Below, one piece after another: positions 12,353 through 23,610 of a DNA stretch of 64,000 nt. Numbering within the stretch: position 1 is the stretch's first letter; every line of letters begins with the position of its first letter. Source of the DNA: Camelus ferus (taxonomy: Eukaryota); NCBI RefSeq assembly GCF_009834535.1, contig NC_045696.1, positions 5,954,001-6,018,000 of the forward strand, written 5' to 3'. The notes below the pieces were generated by a model. The model did not search any database. It was not told where the DNA came from and saw only the letters and a list, made by a program, of their open reading frames with translations. A program made the translations under genes and the position numbers.

Positions 12353-12545
12353 ATAGGAATCCACAAACATTTTCTAAAGGGCCAGACAGTACATATTTTA
12401 AGCATTGTGGTCATAGCGTCTTTGACCCAACTGCTTACCTCTGGAAAACAGCCATAGACGATGTGTCAGCAAATGGACTTGGTTGTGTTCCAATAAAACT
12501 TTACTTACAAAAACAGGTGGGCCCTAATGTGCTCACCCTGGTTCA
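12353..12545. mobile_element. MER58A-like hAT-Charlie relic
   Basis: caaacattttctaaagggccagacagta.atatttta.gc...cagccatagac.at...aaatgg...tgg.tgtgttccaataaaacttta.ttacaaaaacaggtggg. Confidence 0.8.
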
Positions 12546-12770
12546 GAGGGAACCTGAGCATCACGTCAAAAGTCCCAATTGTGTTGTTAATAAAAATGTA
12601 ATATTCCAGGTGAGGCTGCTCAGTTTGCCAGAGGGGCAGGGCTGCTGTGCAGGGGGGGACAGAGCGAGGGGTGTGTGAGTGTGCTGTGAGTGACCCCGGT
12701 AGGGACTTCAGTACCCCACATGTCAAATTCCTACCCTTGAACCATTGATTCTTCAAGGGTCTCCTTTGTT

Positions 12771-13719
12771 CCTATGAATTTTTTTAACAATTTTTTTGAT
12801 TTATAATCATTTTACAATGTTGTGTCAAATTCCAGTGTAGAGCACAATTTTTTCAGTTATACATGAACATATATATATATATTCATTGTCACATTTTTTT
12901 CTCTGTGAGCTACCATAAGATCTTGTGTACATTTCCCTGTGCTATACAGTATAATCTTGTTTATCTATTCTACAATTTTGAAATCCTGTCTATCCCTTCC
13001 CACACTCCGCCCCCTTGGCAACCACAAGTTTGTATTCTATGTCTATGGTTCTGTTTCTGTTTTGTATTTATGATTTGTTTGTTTTTTTTAGATTCCACAT
13101 ATGAGCAATCTCATATGGTATTTTTCTTTCTCTTTCTGGCTTACTTCACTTAGAATGACATTCTCCAGGAGCATCCATGTTGCTGCAAATGACGTTATAT
13201 TGTCAGTTTTTATGTCTGAGTAGTATTCCATTATATAAATATACCACATCTTCTTTATCCAGTCATCCGTTGATGGACATTTAGGCTGTTTCCATGTCTC
13301 GGCTATTGTAAATAGTGCTGCTATGAACATTGGGGTGCAGGTGTCATCCTGAAGTAGGGTTCCTTCTGGATAGATGCCCAGGAGCAGAATTCCTGGGTCA
13401 TATGGTAAGTCTATTCCTAGTCTTTTGAGGAATCTCCATACTGTTTTCCACAGTGGCTGCACCAAACTGCCAGAATTCAGGTAATACTACAGTCATCAAG
13501 ACAGCATGGTATTGGTACAAAAAAAGACGTGTAGACCAATGGAACAGAATAGAGAGCCCAGAAATGAACCACAAACGTTTGGTCAACTCATCTTTGACAA
13601 AGGAGGCAAGAATATGCAATGGAATAAAGACAGTCTCTTCAGCAAATGGTGTTGGGAAAACTGGACAGCCGCATGTAAAGCAATGAAGCTAGAACACTCC
13701 CTTACACCTATGAATTTTT
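12771..13719 (-). mobile_element. Young camelid-type L1, 5'-truncated with 5' inversion, flanked by a 13-bp TSD
   Basis: Minus-strand 3'UTR and ORF2 C-terminus ([15 protein letters not shown]...CTPMFIAALFTIAETWKQPKCPS) ~12784-13470; plus-strand ORF2 piece ([11 protein letters not shown]...[38 protein letters not shown]) ~13487-13706; TSD cctatgaattttt at 12771-12783 and 13707-13719. Confidence 0.95.
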
Positions 13720-13985
13720 AAAGAGAAGCAAACTTTCTCACTTTTCTGTTTCTTATTTGAAATGGCAAAACGTGACATTTAAAAGCAGAAGAGAAAAGAT
13801 AGTGGCTACAATCTTTTTAAGCATAGTTTATTTAACCTATAACCTACAGGGCCCTATTTTCAACTATTTCAAGCGTTCTGAAAATGCCTTTGGAAGTTTC
13901 TTAAAGGAGAAGCTGGACTTAGACCTTCCTTCTTTCCCTCCTATAATTTCCCCTCTACCCTCCAGAGGTCTTGCCTGAGACCCAC

Positions 13986-14443
13986 TGTAATGAGAGATGA
14001 ACAAGAGAAAAAGGAACAGGAGGGTTTTACCACACACCCCTCCTGGGCACATGGGAGATACCAGGGAAAGTGCGTAAGCCCCCCGAGATGGCCAAGCCCC
14101 CACCTTCAGTACCATCTTCAGCCAAAGACGGAAGAAAGATGCTGCTGGGGAGAGAGGCCAGTTGTGGGAGGCGATGGGACGAGCTCAGGGAAAGGGTGAG
14201 CTTGTTCTATAGATTCAAGTCAGGCTTTCTCCCTTGATAAAGTTTCTTGCAGTTTAGAGTCTTCCTTCTCTTCCCGATGTAGAGAGAGATCCCCTTATAA
14301 ATGGAGATTTTCCTTATAAAAGAACAACTTCTGCTCTGTTTTCACAGCTGCTCCTCTATCTGTAGTTTCTCAACAATAAGCAGCTCAAAGCAATCCTTCT
14401 GCCGACAGCGTGCCTCCTGAGGCGGCATCTTGTGCCACCTTCC
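13986..14443 (-). mobile_element. ERV1-class solo LTR (MER34-like)
   Basis: Begins TG (tgtaatgag); right end caataagcagctcaaagcaatccttctgcc...gaggcggcatcttgtg..accttc is the reverse complement of a MER34-family LTR start. Confidence 0.65.
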
Positions 14444-15127
14444 GTCCTTTCTTCCATGAATGCCCAGCGAGGGCCCCTGCCAGCCCGGCCCCGGGGACGT
14501 GGGGCAGCGAGACTGACTGGTGGCTCCGCAGAGGCCCCCATTCCGACAGTAAACACTCCAGCATTTAGATGCCAGCGAGGGTGCAAAGGAGACTCAGCAG
14601 GAGTGGAGATGAGCGCGGACAGTGTCTCTGAGAAGAGCAATGTTTGCGTCGAAGTGGATGCTATAGGTTGGTGTTCCGTTCCAGAAAGGCAGCCGTTCTG
14701 GCCATGGGAAGCAGAGCAGGATTGAGTGCAGGGGAGCAGGTGCTTTCAGAACCCTTTGAAGGCCCAGGTAGCCCAGATGGCCTGCAGGCAGCTGTACCCA
14801 CTGCTGCTGTCAGGGAAGTGGGGACCTGGCAGCTGGTGATGGGAGCCTGGCTCAGGAAGGTGCTGGAGGCTGGATGCAGGCACCCAGAGGCTCCTGGAAA
14901 GGCCCCTGGACCCCCACAAAGTGGAGTCCAGCCACTGCTCCCGCAGAGAAGCCTCAGAGGCTGGGCAGGACAGTCACCCCCGGCCCGTGCTGCTGCCACT
15001 GAGCCACCGGACGCGCCTGCCCCCTCATCACCCTCCCCATCTCCTGCAAGTGCACGGGTCTGTGGGACCCACTTCTCCCAGAGTCCCAGCCACTGGGGGT
15101 GGGAAAGGGGGCTGTTGGCTTCCCCAG

Positions 15128-15535
15128 TGTATCAGTTCCTTGGGCTGCCGTGACAAAGCACCACACACTGGGCGGCTCGGACAATAGAAATGTATTGTCT
15201 CACAATACCTGGGGCTGGACATCTGGGACCCAGGGTCAGCGGGGTTGGTTCCTCCCGAGGGCTGGGAGGAAGGATCTGCTCCAGGTCTCCCCCAGCTTCC
15301 AGTGGTTTGCCGGCATCACCCCAGTCTCTGCCTTCATTCTCAGGTGACATTCTCCTGGGCTCTGGGTCCAAATTTGCCCTTTGTAAGGACACTTGTCATA
15401 TTGGGTTAGGACCCACCCTAATGACCTCATCTTAACTGATGACATTGACAAAGACAGTCTTCCCAAACCAGGTCACATTTTGAGAGGTCAGGACTCCCAC
15501 ATATGACTTTGGGGGACATACCTTGGCCCCTAGCA
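15128..15535 (-). mobile_element. MaLR MLT1 solo LTR with intact 5-bp TSD
   Basis: TG...CA termini (tgtatcagttcc...ggcccctagca); gggctgccgtgacaaagcaccaca...aatgacctcatcttaact...ggtcacatt; TSD cccag at 15123-15127 and 15536-15540. Confidence 0.9.
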
Positions 15536-15639
15536 CCCAGCCTCTGCAGGAAGGAGACCCCTGAAGGATGGTGGCTGGATGATGCAGAGGGTCTGCACTT
15601 CACCACAGGCCGGGGACAGCTGCTGGGGACAGTTTCAGC

Positions 15640-16030
15640 TCAGAGGGAACAGATGGGGACAAAGGTCTAATGCAGGAATGAGTGTCATTTGAGGAACAGA
15701 AAGCAAGTCTTGGGCCTGGAGGGGGCGAGTTAGGGGGCGGCAAGGGATGGGGCTGGCCACGTCACGGGGCGTTGAAGCCACTAGAACCCACTGACTTTCA
15801 CTATGTGTGGTGAGAAGCCACTGGCAGTTTCTAAGCAAGGAATGACACAGTGAATGTGCCTTTTGGGGACACACTCTGGCTGCTGCATGGAGCAGGGGTG
15901 TAGGGGGCCATGAGCGGAAGCAAGAGGCAGGTTTGAGGGTCTGCTACCATTGCCCTGGGGAGAGACTACAGCAGTTTGGATCAGGGGGACCAGTCGCCGG
16001 AGAGAAGGGATGGGTTTGGCATCAGTGTTG
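15640..16030 (-). mobile_element. L2 LINE fragment
   Basis: gagaagccactggcagtttctaagcaaggaatgacacagtga...cactctggctgctgcatggag pattern. Confidence 0.65.
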
Positions 16031-16234
16031 ATGAGAGCGGCCCAGATACGCGGAGGGTTAGCTCACAGCCCACGTGGAGGCAGGTTAGAGGATGTGCGTG
16101 TGGCGGGTGGCATCCACAGACGCCCTAGAGCTTTGTAGTGGGCGTCTGTCTCCTGGGATGACATCCATCCCACTTGGCTTCTAGGGACCACATCTCAACA
16201 GCAGATCAGTACACTGAGCTGGCAGGACACCTGG

Positions 16235-16686
16235 ACCCCCAGTCCCCAAGGGCTGTGACAGTGTTGCCTTTCATGGCAAGAGGGACCTTGCGGACGTGAT
16301 TAAGTTAAGGATGTTGAGACGGGGACATGATCCTGGATTATCTGTCTGGGCCCAATGTGATCACAAAGGTCCTTACAACGGGAGGCAGCCAGGTAAGAAA
16401 GAGCAGAAGGTGACAGGATGATGGAAGCAAAGAGACAGGTTGGAGGAACCGCCGGTCTTGCTGCTGGAGGAAGACACCACGGCGGGGAACGCAGTGGCCT
16501 CTAGAAGCTGAGAAAGGCCAAGAGAAGGATTCACCCCCAGAAACCTCGAGAAGGAATATCTTGATTTAGCCCAGTGAAACTAATTTTTGAGCTTCTGACT
16601 TTCAGGACTGTAAGGTAATAAACTGGGGTTCCTTTCAGCCACTACATTGGTAGTAACTCGTGACAGCCACATCAGGAAGCTAACAA
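16235..16686 (+). mobile_element. MaLR MLT1 (MLT1D-like) LTR
   Basis: catggcaagagggaccttgcggacgtgattaagttaagga...atcctggattatct...gggcccaatgtgatcacaaaggtcctta...ctctagaagctgagaaaggc...ttgatttagcccagtgaaac...ggaagctaaca. Confidence 0.85.
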
Positions 16687-18249
16687 AGCTGGAGAGAAGG
16701 GAGATCGCGTAGCTAAATCCCACCAAGAGAGACTGCAGCGGGTCTAAGGGGGTTTCAGGGGCCGCTGTCTCTGATGAGCAGAGTTCCGTTGACCAACAGC
16801 AGGCGGGGGGGGTGGGGGAAGAGGCGGGGTGGGGCTCCAGCCCGCTGCGGGAGAGGGGTCGGGGCTGCGCACACAGCGGCTGCGTTTGTCGTGATACTTG
16901 TTTCTAGATGAACAGAGTGCAGCTACAGAAGTAGCAGCAGGAGTTGGACTAGCCGCTGCCTACCACACACCCAAGCGAAGTTTTCTTTGGCTTGCAACCT
17001 CGCTTTCTGCTCCTTTTGAAAGAGCTCACTTTAGCTGGACTCAGCATACAAATACCGGCGAGGCCCTCAGGTCTCGGGGGCTGTGATTTCGGTCCAAACC
17101 CTGCCCCGCCCCCAACCGAGCGTTCTCCGTTCTCCGCAGGGATGGAGGCCTAGAATGGGAGGGGGAGCAGGGGGAGGTCACAGACGATGGAGAAAGCTCT
17201 TATGCCACAGCCAGAGAAAACCTCAGCTTGGACCTGACCTCTCTCTTGGCCCTGTTTCTCGGGACAGAATATCCCTGCTAATATTTGAGTTTAAACTTCA
17301 CCGAGAACGCCTCGCTGTGTGTGGCTGGAATGCTGTAACAGACAGCGTTCTGATCTGCGTCATTTTAGAAAAAGATGTTACTCAAACACATTAAAAAAAA
17401 AAACCCCAACATGCTAAGAATGCCGATAAGACCTCACTGCCGATGGAAGACAGGGTCCCCTCGGTGGTCCGTGGACCCGGCTCCAGGCAAAGCCTCCCAG
17501 AGCTGGTTGAGGCCCTGTGCAAATGCTGTGGGTTAGTGTGGTGACGGCCCATAAAACACACAGCTCTTAGCCAGCTACCAGAGTATTTTGAGAGCTGCCA
17601 GTTCACTTAGTGCCCCTGGAATCAGAGTAACATGTCTTGGAACCGGCGCTTTGGCAGACTTGAATTTCATTTGGAAAGAAACTGGAGTGATACGGTTTTC
17701 TAGGGGGATTAGCTGCTACTGAGAAACTTAAAAGCCAGCATCCCGCCTCCAACTCAACCGGAAAGTTCTCCAGGGAGGCGGGATCCCGCAGGACTGCATT
17801 GTTGCCCCTGGCTGACTTCTTCATCCCGTAACTGCGGGGGTGACGGGAGGAGCTGTCAGTCACGGGCCTCGGGGCTGTCAGCATAAGTGCCCAGTGAGAC
17901 GCCGGGACCCAGGTGACCTTGACCTCTGGGCTGGGTGAGAGCGTTTGCAGAGCCGCTGGGGACAAGGCTGCCTTCAGCACCTGTCAAGGACACCATCGCA
18001 TCCCAGACCTTGGAGGTCTCTGTTTTCTGCTCCTCAGGACCCTCGGCAGCTTCTCCTGCCCTGGGATTGTGACTCTAAATGGAAACAGAAGCCATCAGTT
18101 CTGTGCTCAGTGCCTGTGGGTCCCTGAGACCCCCACGTGTGACTTTCTCTACGACTTTGCTCTCAGCCTAAAGCTGCTCCCACTGGAGGAGGAGGAGGAA
18201 GCCTCCCTGAGCCTCCCTGCCCCCTGGTCACTCATGCGACATCCCATGG

Positions 18250-18830
18250 CGTTAGCGTCTTGTTGCTGCCGTAACACATTACCACAAAGTTAGTGGCTTA
18301 ATGCCCACGTCCCGTCTCCCTGTTCTGCAGGTGGAAGCCAAGGCGTAGCCTGGCTCAGCTGGCTCTCTGCTGGGGACTCACAACTCCGAAATCAAGGGAC
18401 CGAAGGGCTGGGTCCCCTTTGGAAACTGCATCTGTTCCCTGTGGCCGCTGTGACACAGCATCGCCAACCAGGCGGCTTAAAACAACAGCAGTTTGCGGTC
18501 TCACAGCCCCGGAGGCCAGTCTGAGGTCCAGGCGTGAGCAGAGGGGTGCCGTCTCCGAAGGGTCTCGGGGAGAAGCCTTCCTGCCTCTTTTGGCTCCTGG
18601 TGGCTCCAGGTTGCACCCCCAGTCTCCGCCTCCCTCTGGGTCTTCTCTTCTGTCTCTTGTGAGGACACTTGTCGGCTTTAGGGCCCACCCTCAATCCAAG
18701 ATGATCTCACTTCGATATCCTGAACTTAATCCCAGCCGCGAAGCTCCCTTTTCCAAATAAGGTCACACTCACAGGGTCTGAGGGTTGGGATGTAGACATA
18801 GATTTTTTTGGGGGGTGGGGCACCACTCTC
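18250..18830 (-). mobile_element. Two adjacent MaLR MLT1 LTR pieces
   Basis: gttgctgccgtaacacattaccacaaagttagtggcttaa (~18261) and gtggccgctgtgacacagc...ggcttaaaacaacagcagttt...aggacacttgtc...tttagggcccaccc...tccaagatgatctca...tttccaaataaggtcaca (~18441-18800). Confidence 0.8.
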
Positions 18831-20036
18831 TGCGGCCGCTCCCGCTGCCTTGCTTGCGGAGGCTATGGCTAACAGCCCCCCACACCCCCACCGACTCAGA
18901 GCACCCTGATGTGTTACCAGGCAGACTTCTCACACTCACTTCAATGTGAGTCATGTCTGAGAAACCTTCAGTGCAGAAGCGCAGCATCTTCAGAAACATG
19001 ACACAAAACTGTGTTCTGTTCATTGGAAAAGAGTTCAAGGAACAGGTGCAAAACCCAGGTTAATCATCTCCTGGCCTAACTCAGCACCTGCTAGGCTGTT
19101 AGCTTCGGACTGGTTTGCATTTGAGGTTTGAGCTTAATTGCTCCTTCATCTCAGATGATCAATGCATTGCTTGTTTAAAACAAATGCTTGCAAGCCTTGA
19201 AGTTAGAGATGAGGAAGGAAGGCTTTTCTCCACATCGAACTGTTCCTAGTTTCTATTTTATTTTGATAAGCCCTACACCATACATCCCCGAAGACCTTGA
19301 AACCTATCATTTACTCATTTCTAATCTTTTTTTTTTGAATACTTAATTTATTTTCCAATGAAATTCCCATTAAGTTTCATTTTTAAATCATATTTGCTAA
19401 ATCATTCATCTATTCCTGCATTCACCTAATATGTAAATATTTATTTACTTACTTCTACTACATCCGAAATACCTAATTTATGCCACAAATCTTGATCTAA
19501 GAAACAGCCTGTCTTTACAGCAAACACGCATCGGGTTATAAGTTGCGATCTGTACCCGGCTCTTCTCCCGGGTTAGCAGGCTCAGGGTGGCCTCACGGGG
19601 AGAGGCAACCGTGCGACCGATGGCTCCCATTTCTAGCTATTTGTATCTTCCATCCGGGTGTTTTTTCCTGTTAGTAAACAGAGATAGTGATCTAATTCTG
19701 TTGCTGCCGGGAATGACATTGCCACAGCCCTGGGCGCCTGTCAGTGCTGGCCACAGCCACAGATGGGGACTTTGCCACCCCCGGGCTGTCCCAGGGAGAC
19801 TTCCTGCTGAGACTCCCAGGTCAGACGTCGTGCAGGGGGTGACGGAGAGGGACGCACAGTCTGGAGGAGCCGCTATACTTTCTCTCTCCATCCCATCCAC
19901 ACCCCGCTAGACCCTGCTCCTCTCTCCACCACCCTGCTCCCCATCATCTCCTCCCTGGTCTCACAGCTGCCGGCTGCCCCTCAGCCAGCTCCACGCAGCC
20001 ACCTGAGTGAGCCCAGCAGAAAGCAAGCCCAGAGTT

Positions 20037-20150
20037 GGGGAGGGTCTAGCTCAGTGGTAGAGCATGAACTTAGCATGCACAAGGTCCTGGGTGCAATCCC
20101 CAGTACCTCCATTAAGATAAATAAACCTAATTCCCCCCCAAATAAATAAA
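20037..20150 (+). mobile_element. Camelid tRNA-derived SINE
   Basis: ggggagggtctagctcagtggtagagcatg..cttagcatgcacaaggtcctgggtgcaatccccagtacctccattaa...aaacctaattccccccc; Pol III A and B boxes visible. Confidence 0.92.
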
Positions 20151-20158
20151 GACAATTT

Positions 20159-20351
20159 ATAAACAACAGTTTTCTACTGTAGCACAGGCACTATGTTCAG
20201 TGTCTTGCAGGAACCTATAATGAAAAAGAACACGAAAAGGAACAGAAATTGATGCAACATTGTAAACTGACTATATGTCCATTAAAAATTGTATATGTAT
20301 GACTGAAACATTATGCTCTATACCAGAAATTGACACACCATTGTAAACTGA
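20159..20351 (+). mobile_element. Rearranged L1 3'UTR terminus directly behind the SINE
   Basis: ataaacaacagttttctactgtagcacagg...acctataatgaaaaagaa...; terminal block cagaaattga...cattgtaaactga present twice. Confidence 0.8.
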
Positions 20352-20369
20352 AAGTCCCTGTTTCTTTTG

Positions 20370-20790
20370 CACAAAGCAGTGGCTCCCACATCACTCAAGG
20401 AGGCCACCAGGCCCTCCGTGGACCAGCCTCAGCTCCGCTACGCTGCTCCCTCTGCCTGGAGGGACCGATCTCCCCACACAACCCCCGCACAGCCTCGTGG
20501 CTCCGTCTGCACCTCCTTTACCTCTCGGTTCTAATGCCAGCTTTCCCCCCGAGGCTTCCCCGAATTGCAGTTGCAGGCCCCATCTCAGCCCCCTCCCTGC
20601 AGCTTTCTTTATCTTGTAACAGCTGCCTCTCTGACCCTTACTGTGTGGAGGTCCTAAGAAAGGAGCAAGTTCAGGCTTTGCTCCTTGGGCGGCTGACACT
20701 TCCCCATCTCCCACGGCCGATCCAGTGTTCGGGGAGCGCTCAGCAATGCTGGCTGAATGAATGAAATCATGCCTGCGTGAATGAATAAAG
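20370..20790 (+). mobile_element. L2 LINE 3' end
   Basis: cagtggctcccacatcactca...tccctctgcctgga...gcgctcagcaatgctggctgaatgaatgaa (L2 tail). Confidence 0.65.
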
Positions 20791-21719
20791 AGCAGCGTTT
20801 GCCAGTGTCCTGTCAGCCCATCTGTTTGGAAACGGCCTTGTCGTTTCTCTCTGAAATGAGTCATCTGCTCGGGGCCTCGCAATTCTTTCTCCCTCCTCGC
20901 CCACAGACTTTTCTTTTCTTTAATTTAATGATGAAAGCTTGGATCATGTGAAATCACCGTGGGATGTGTGCTTTTCTAGCCCTGCATGTGGCACCGAGCA
21001 TGTAATTTTCCACTGCACTCATTGAAGGAGGCAGTAGATTTCCACCAAGAAAGAGGAAGAAGTGGACGGCAAAGTCGAGAGCGGGATTTTATTGGGGAAA
21101 TCCAGGGATGGCCTGGCATACAAAGCTGTCTACCAGCCTGGTGCTCACCCTGGAGCCACCCAGCAGGTGCAGAGCCTTCGCAGAGAAGCTCCAAAAGGGG
21201 ACATTTATGACCTATCATCTAAGATTACACATTTTCGGTTGACCCTGCCCCACAATGTGTTCCTGGGAAAAGTGGCATTATCTTTGGTGTGGCTTTAATA
21301 GCAACAGCCCTGCTCAGTTTCATTATCTGGAGAGCAGCTGTCCACACTCACCTCTCCAAAGAGGTGCTTCTAACAAAGCGGCCACTTGACTTGTTAAGCA
21401 AGCCGGCTGAACTGAGTGAAAAAGGCAGGTTTTATTCAACACGGCCCCTCATCCTGTTCTTCCAGAATTTCTATTCTTTTGTTCTTTCTTCTCCTCGTTT
21501 CTCTTTTTAGGAGAGCTGTTCGCCCAGCACAAGGATTTTCAGGAAGGGGAACATCTAGATTGATCTGTGGGCTCACTGACGTCCTGCAGCGTCTGTGGAG
21601 CGGCTCGGTTTGCGCAGGGTCACACACAGTTGTCATTGACAGATGTGACATTGACAACATTTGGCCGCAGGACCAACTGTTTATGGGTCATGCAAAGAGT
21701 TTATGATAGCAAATGGCAG

Positions 21720-21950
21720 ACTCGCCGACTTCAAAGCCCAAGACCCAGGTTCACTTTCGATCGCCTGCTGTCTGGCCACGTAATCTTGAGAAAGTTCCTT
21801 GGCTTCTTTGATCCTCTGTTTCCTCCTCTGTGAAATGGATCAGTTGATAGTCAACCTACGGAGCAGAGATGGGAGATAACGGCAATAATTTATGCAAAGC
21901 ACTCAGCCCAGTGCCTGGCGTGAAGGAAGCCTTCAAGAAATGGTGCCTAT
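21720..21950 (+). mobile_element. MIR SINE
   Basis: agacccaggttca...tgatcctctgtttcctcctctgtgaaatgg...ataatttatgcaaagcactcagcccagtgcctggc. Confidence 0.75.
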
Positions 21951-22439
21951 TGCTGGTTGATGTTTCTGACCGCGTCTTAGCCTGGAAGCTGCGGGACCTA
22001 CGGGCTCGGTGCTCTGGCTGCTAGGTGTCCAGTGAACGCTGGGGTCAGAGCTAGCACAGGGCCGAGGCTGGAGCTCAGGACTCTGGGGAGCTGCTTAGAC
22101 GCTTGCTCTGTGCACAGCTTGCCTTGTTTTACAGACCAATGTAACCTACAGTCTTGTGTCACTGTTCCCTGTGTTTGTTACTGATTATCCATCACGAGCT
22201 TGTGCAGCATGACTCCGCGGCCAGGGCTCCTCCTCCCCCTCCTCCGCAGGCAGCGCCGTGCCCGGCTCCCTGGCTCACACAGTCGGGCGGTGGTGGGCAG
22301 GTGGTCCCAGCAGGGCCGGCCTTGCCTCCTGCAGCCCGTGGCCTCCCTGAGCATGGGCCTCCCCACCTTTCAGCTCTAGACTCTCTGGGCTTAGAATAGG
22401 ACCTGGCCTTGCAGGCGGAGCTGGACACACAATTAGCAG

Positions 22440-22572
22440 AGCCTAGAGCTACAGAAAAATGGGGGCTCCATGTTCAAAAATGATTAAGCCTTTCAAGATG
22501 GTGACGGCAGAGCATTAAAGTGACACTCAGGTCCTTCTGGGGGCAGGGCCCGCACCCATGCTGCCAGCCCTG
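22440..22572. mobile_element. MER91-like hAT-Tip100 relic
   Basis: tgttcaaaaatgattaag..tttcaagatggtgacggcagagcattaaa...ccttctg...gggccc...cccatg..gccagccctg. Confidence 0.55.
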
Positions 22573-23004
22573 CTGGGAGGCAAGAAGTGTGTCTTGAGTT
22601 GAATTAAATAAAACCCATAATTTGATGCACACAGATGCCCATGTACCCCCAGGGAGCCTTGCCGTCTCACAGCAGGCGGGAAGAGGGCACGAGGCCTGCA
22701 GGTTTGGGCCTGAGCTCCCGTCTAGTTTGGTGCTGCTCGGTCCCAGCACCCATTACAATTTCTAGAAAAGTCTGCCACCCCGGACCGCCCCAAGGGATTC
22801 TGATTTGATCTGTCAGGTGGGAGCCTGGCATTCATAGCTCTAATCCCGCCTCCTCTCTACCCACCTGCTGGATTCTACGTGCAGCCAAGATCAAGAACAA
22901 CAGACTCCATGAATTTGAGTCCAATATGCAGGGTGGCTTTCCTCGCTCCTCAGCAACAAAGAAGAAATTAAGGCAAGCACCTTACTACCAGCTATTATTA
23001 TTAG

Positions 23005-23610
23005 TTTTACGTTGTGGTAAAATGAATCTAAAGTAAATCTTACCATGTCAACCTTTAATTAAAAAAAAATTTTTGTTTTGTTTTTTAAGGGGTAATTAGC
23101 TTTATTTATTTATTATGTTTTCATTTAACTGGAGGTACTGGGGATCGAATCCCATGACCTCCTGTATGCTAAGCATGCGCTCGACCACTGAGTATATCCC
23201 CCGCATCTCAACCACGTTTAAGTGTACGATTCAGTGACATTAAGTGCATTCACATTGTTGTGCAACCACCACCCCCATCCATCTCGAGAACTTTCTCATC
23301 TTGCAAAAATGAAAATCCAGACCAACTAAACATGAATACCACCTTCTGTCCTCCTCTCAGCCCCAGGCGCCCGCCATCTACTTTCCAGTGTCTATGAACT
23401 TGATATTCTAGTATCAAATTTAAGTGGAATCATGGGATATTCGTCTTTTTGCGATAGGCTTATTTCGCAGAGCATAACATCCTCAAGGCTACAGCGTTGT
23501 AACATGTGCCAGAATATCCTTCTTTTTTAAGGTTGAATTCTACATATACCACGTTTTGCTTGTCCACTCATCTGTCGATGGACACTTGGGTGGCTTCCAC
23601 CATTGGGCTA
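23005..23610 (-). mobile_element. Old L1M (L1MB-like) 3' end, interrupted by a SINE
   Basis: ttgtggtaaaat...taagtgtacgattcagtgacattaagtgcattcacattgttgtgcaaccacc...aagtggaatcat...tccactcatctgtcgatggacacttggg. Confidence 0.85.
23055..23202 (-). mobile_element. Camelid tRNA-derived SINE nested in L1M
   Basis: ggggtaattag.tttatttattt...tggaggtactggggatcgaa.cc...atgctaagcatgcgctc.accactgag; approximate TSD catgtcaacc / catctcaacc. Confidence 0.9.

Noticed and set aside
13088..13721. ORFs resembling reverse-transcriptase-associated protein
   Set aside because: Fragments of a truncated L1 ORF2; no ORF1, promoter or RT core, so not an autonomous element
20037..20110. tRNA-like sequences (also near 23130, 35340, 44620, 52110, 58260)
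   Set aside because: SINE heads with A/B boxes, A-rich tails and TSDs, each differently mutated; not tRNA genes
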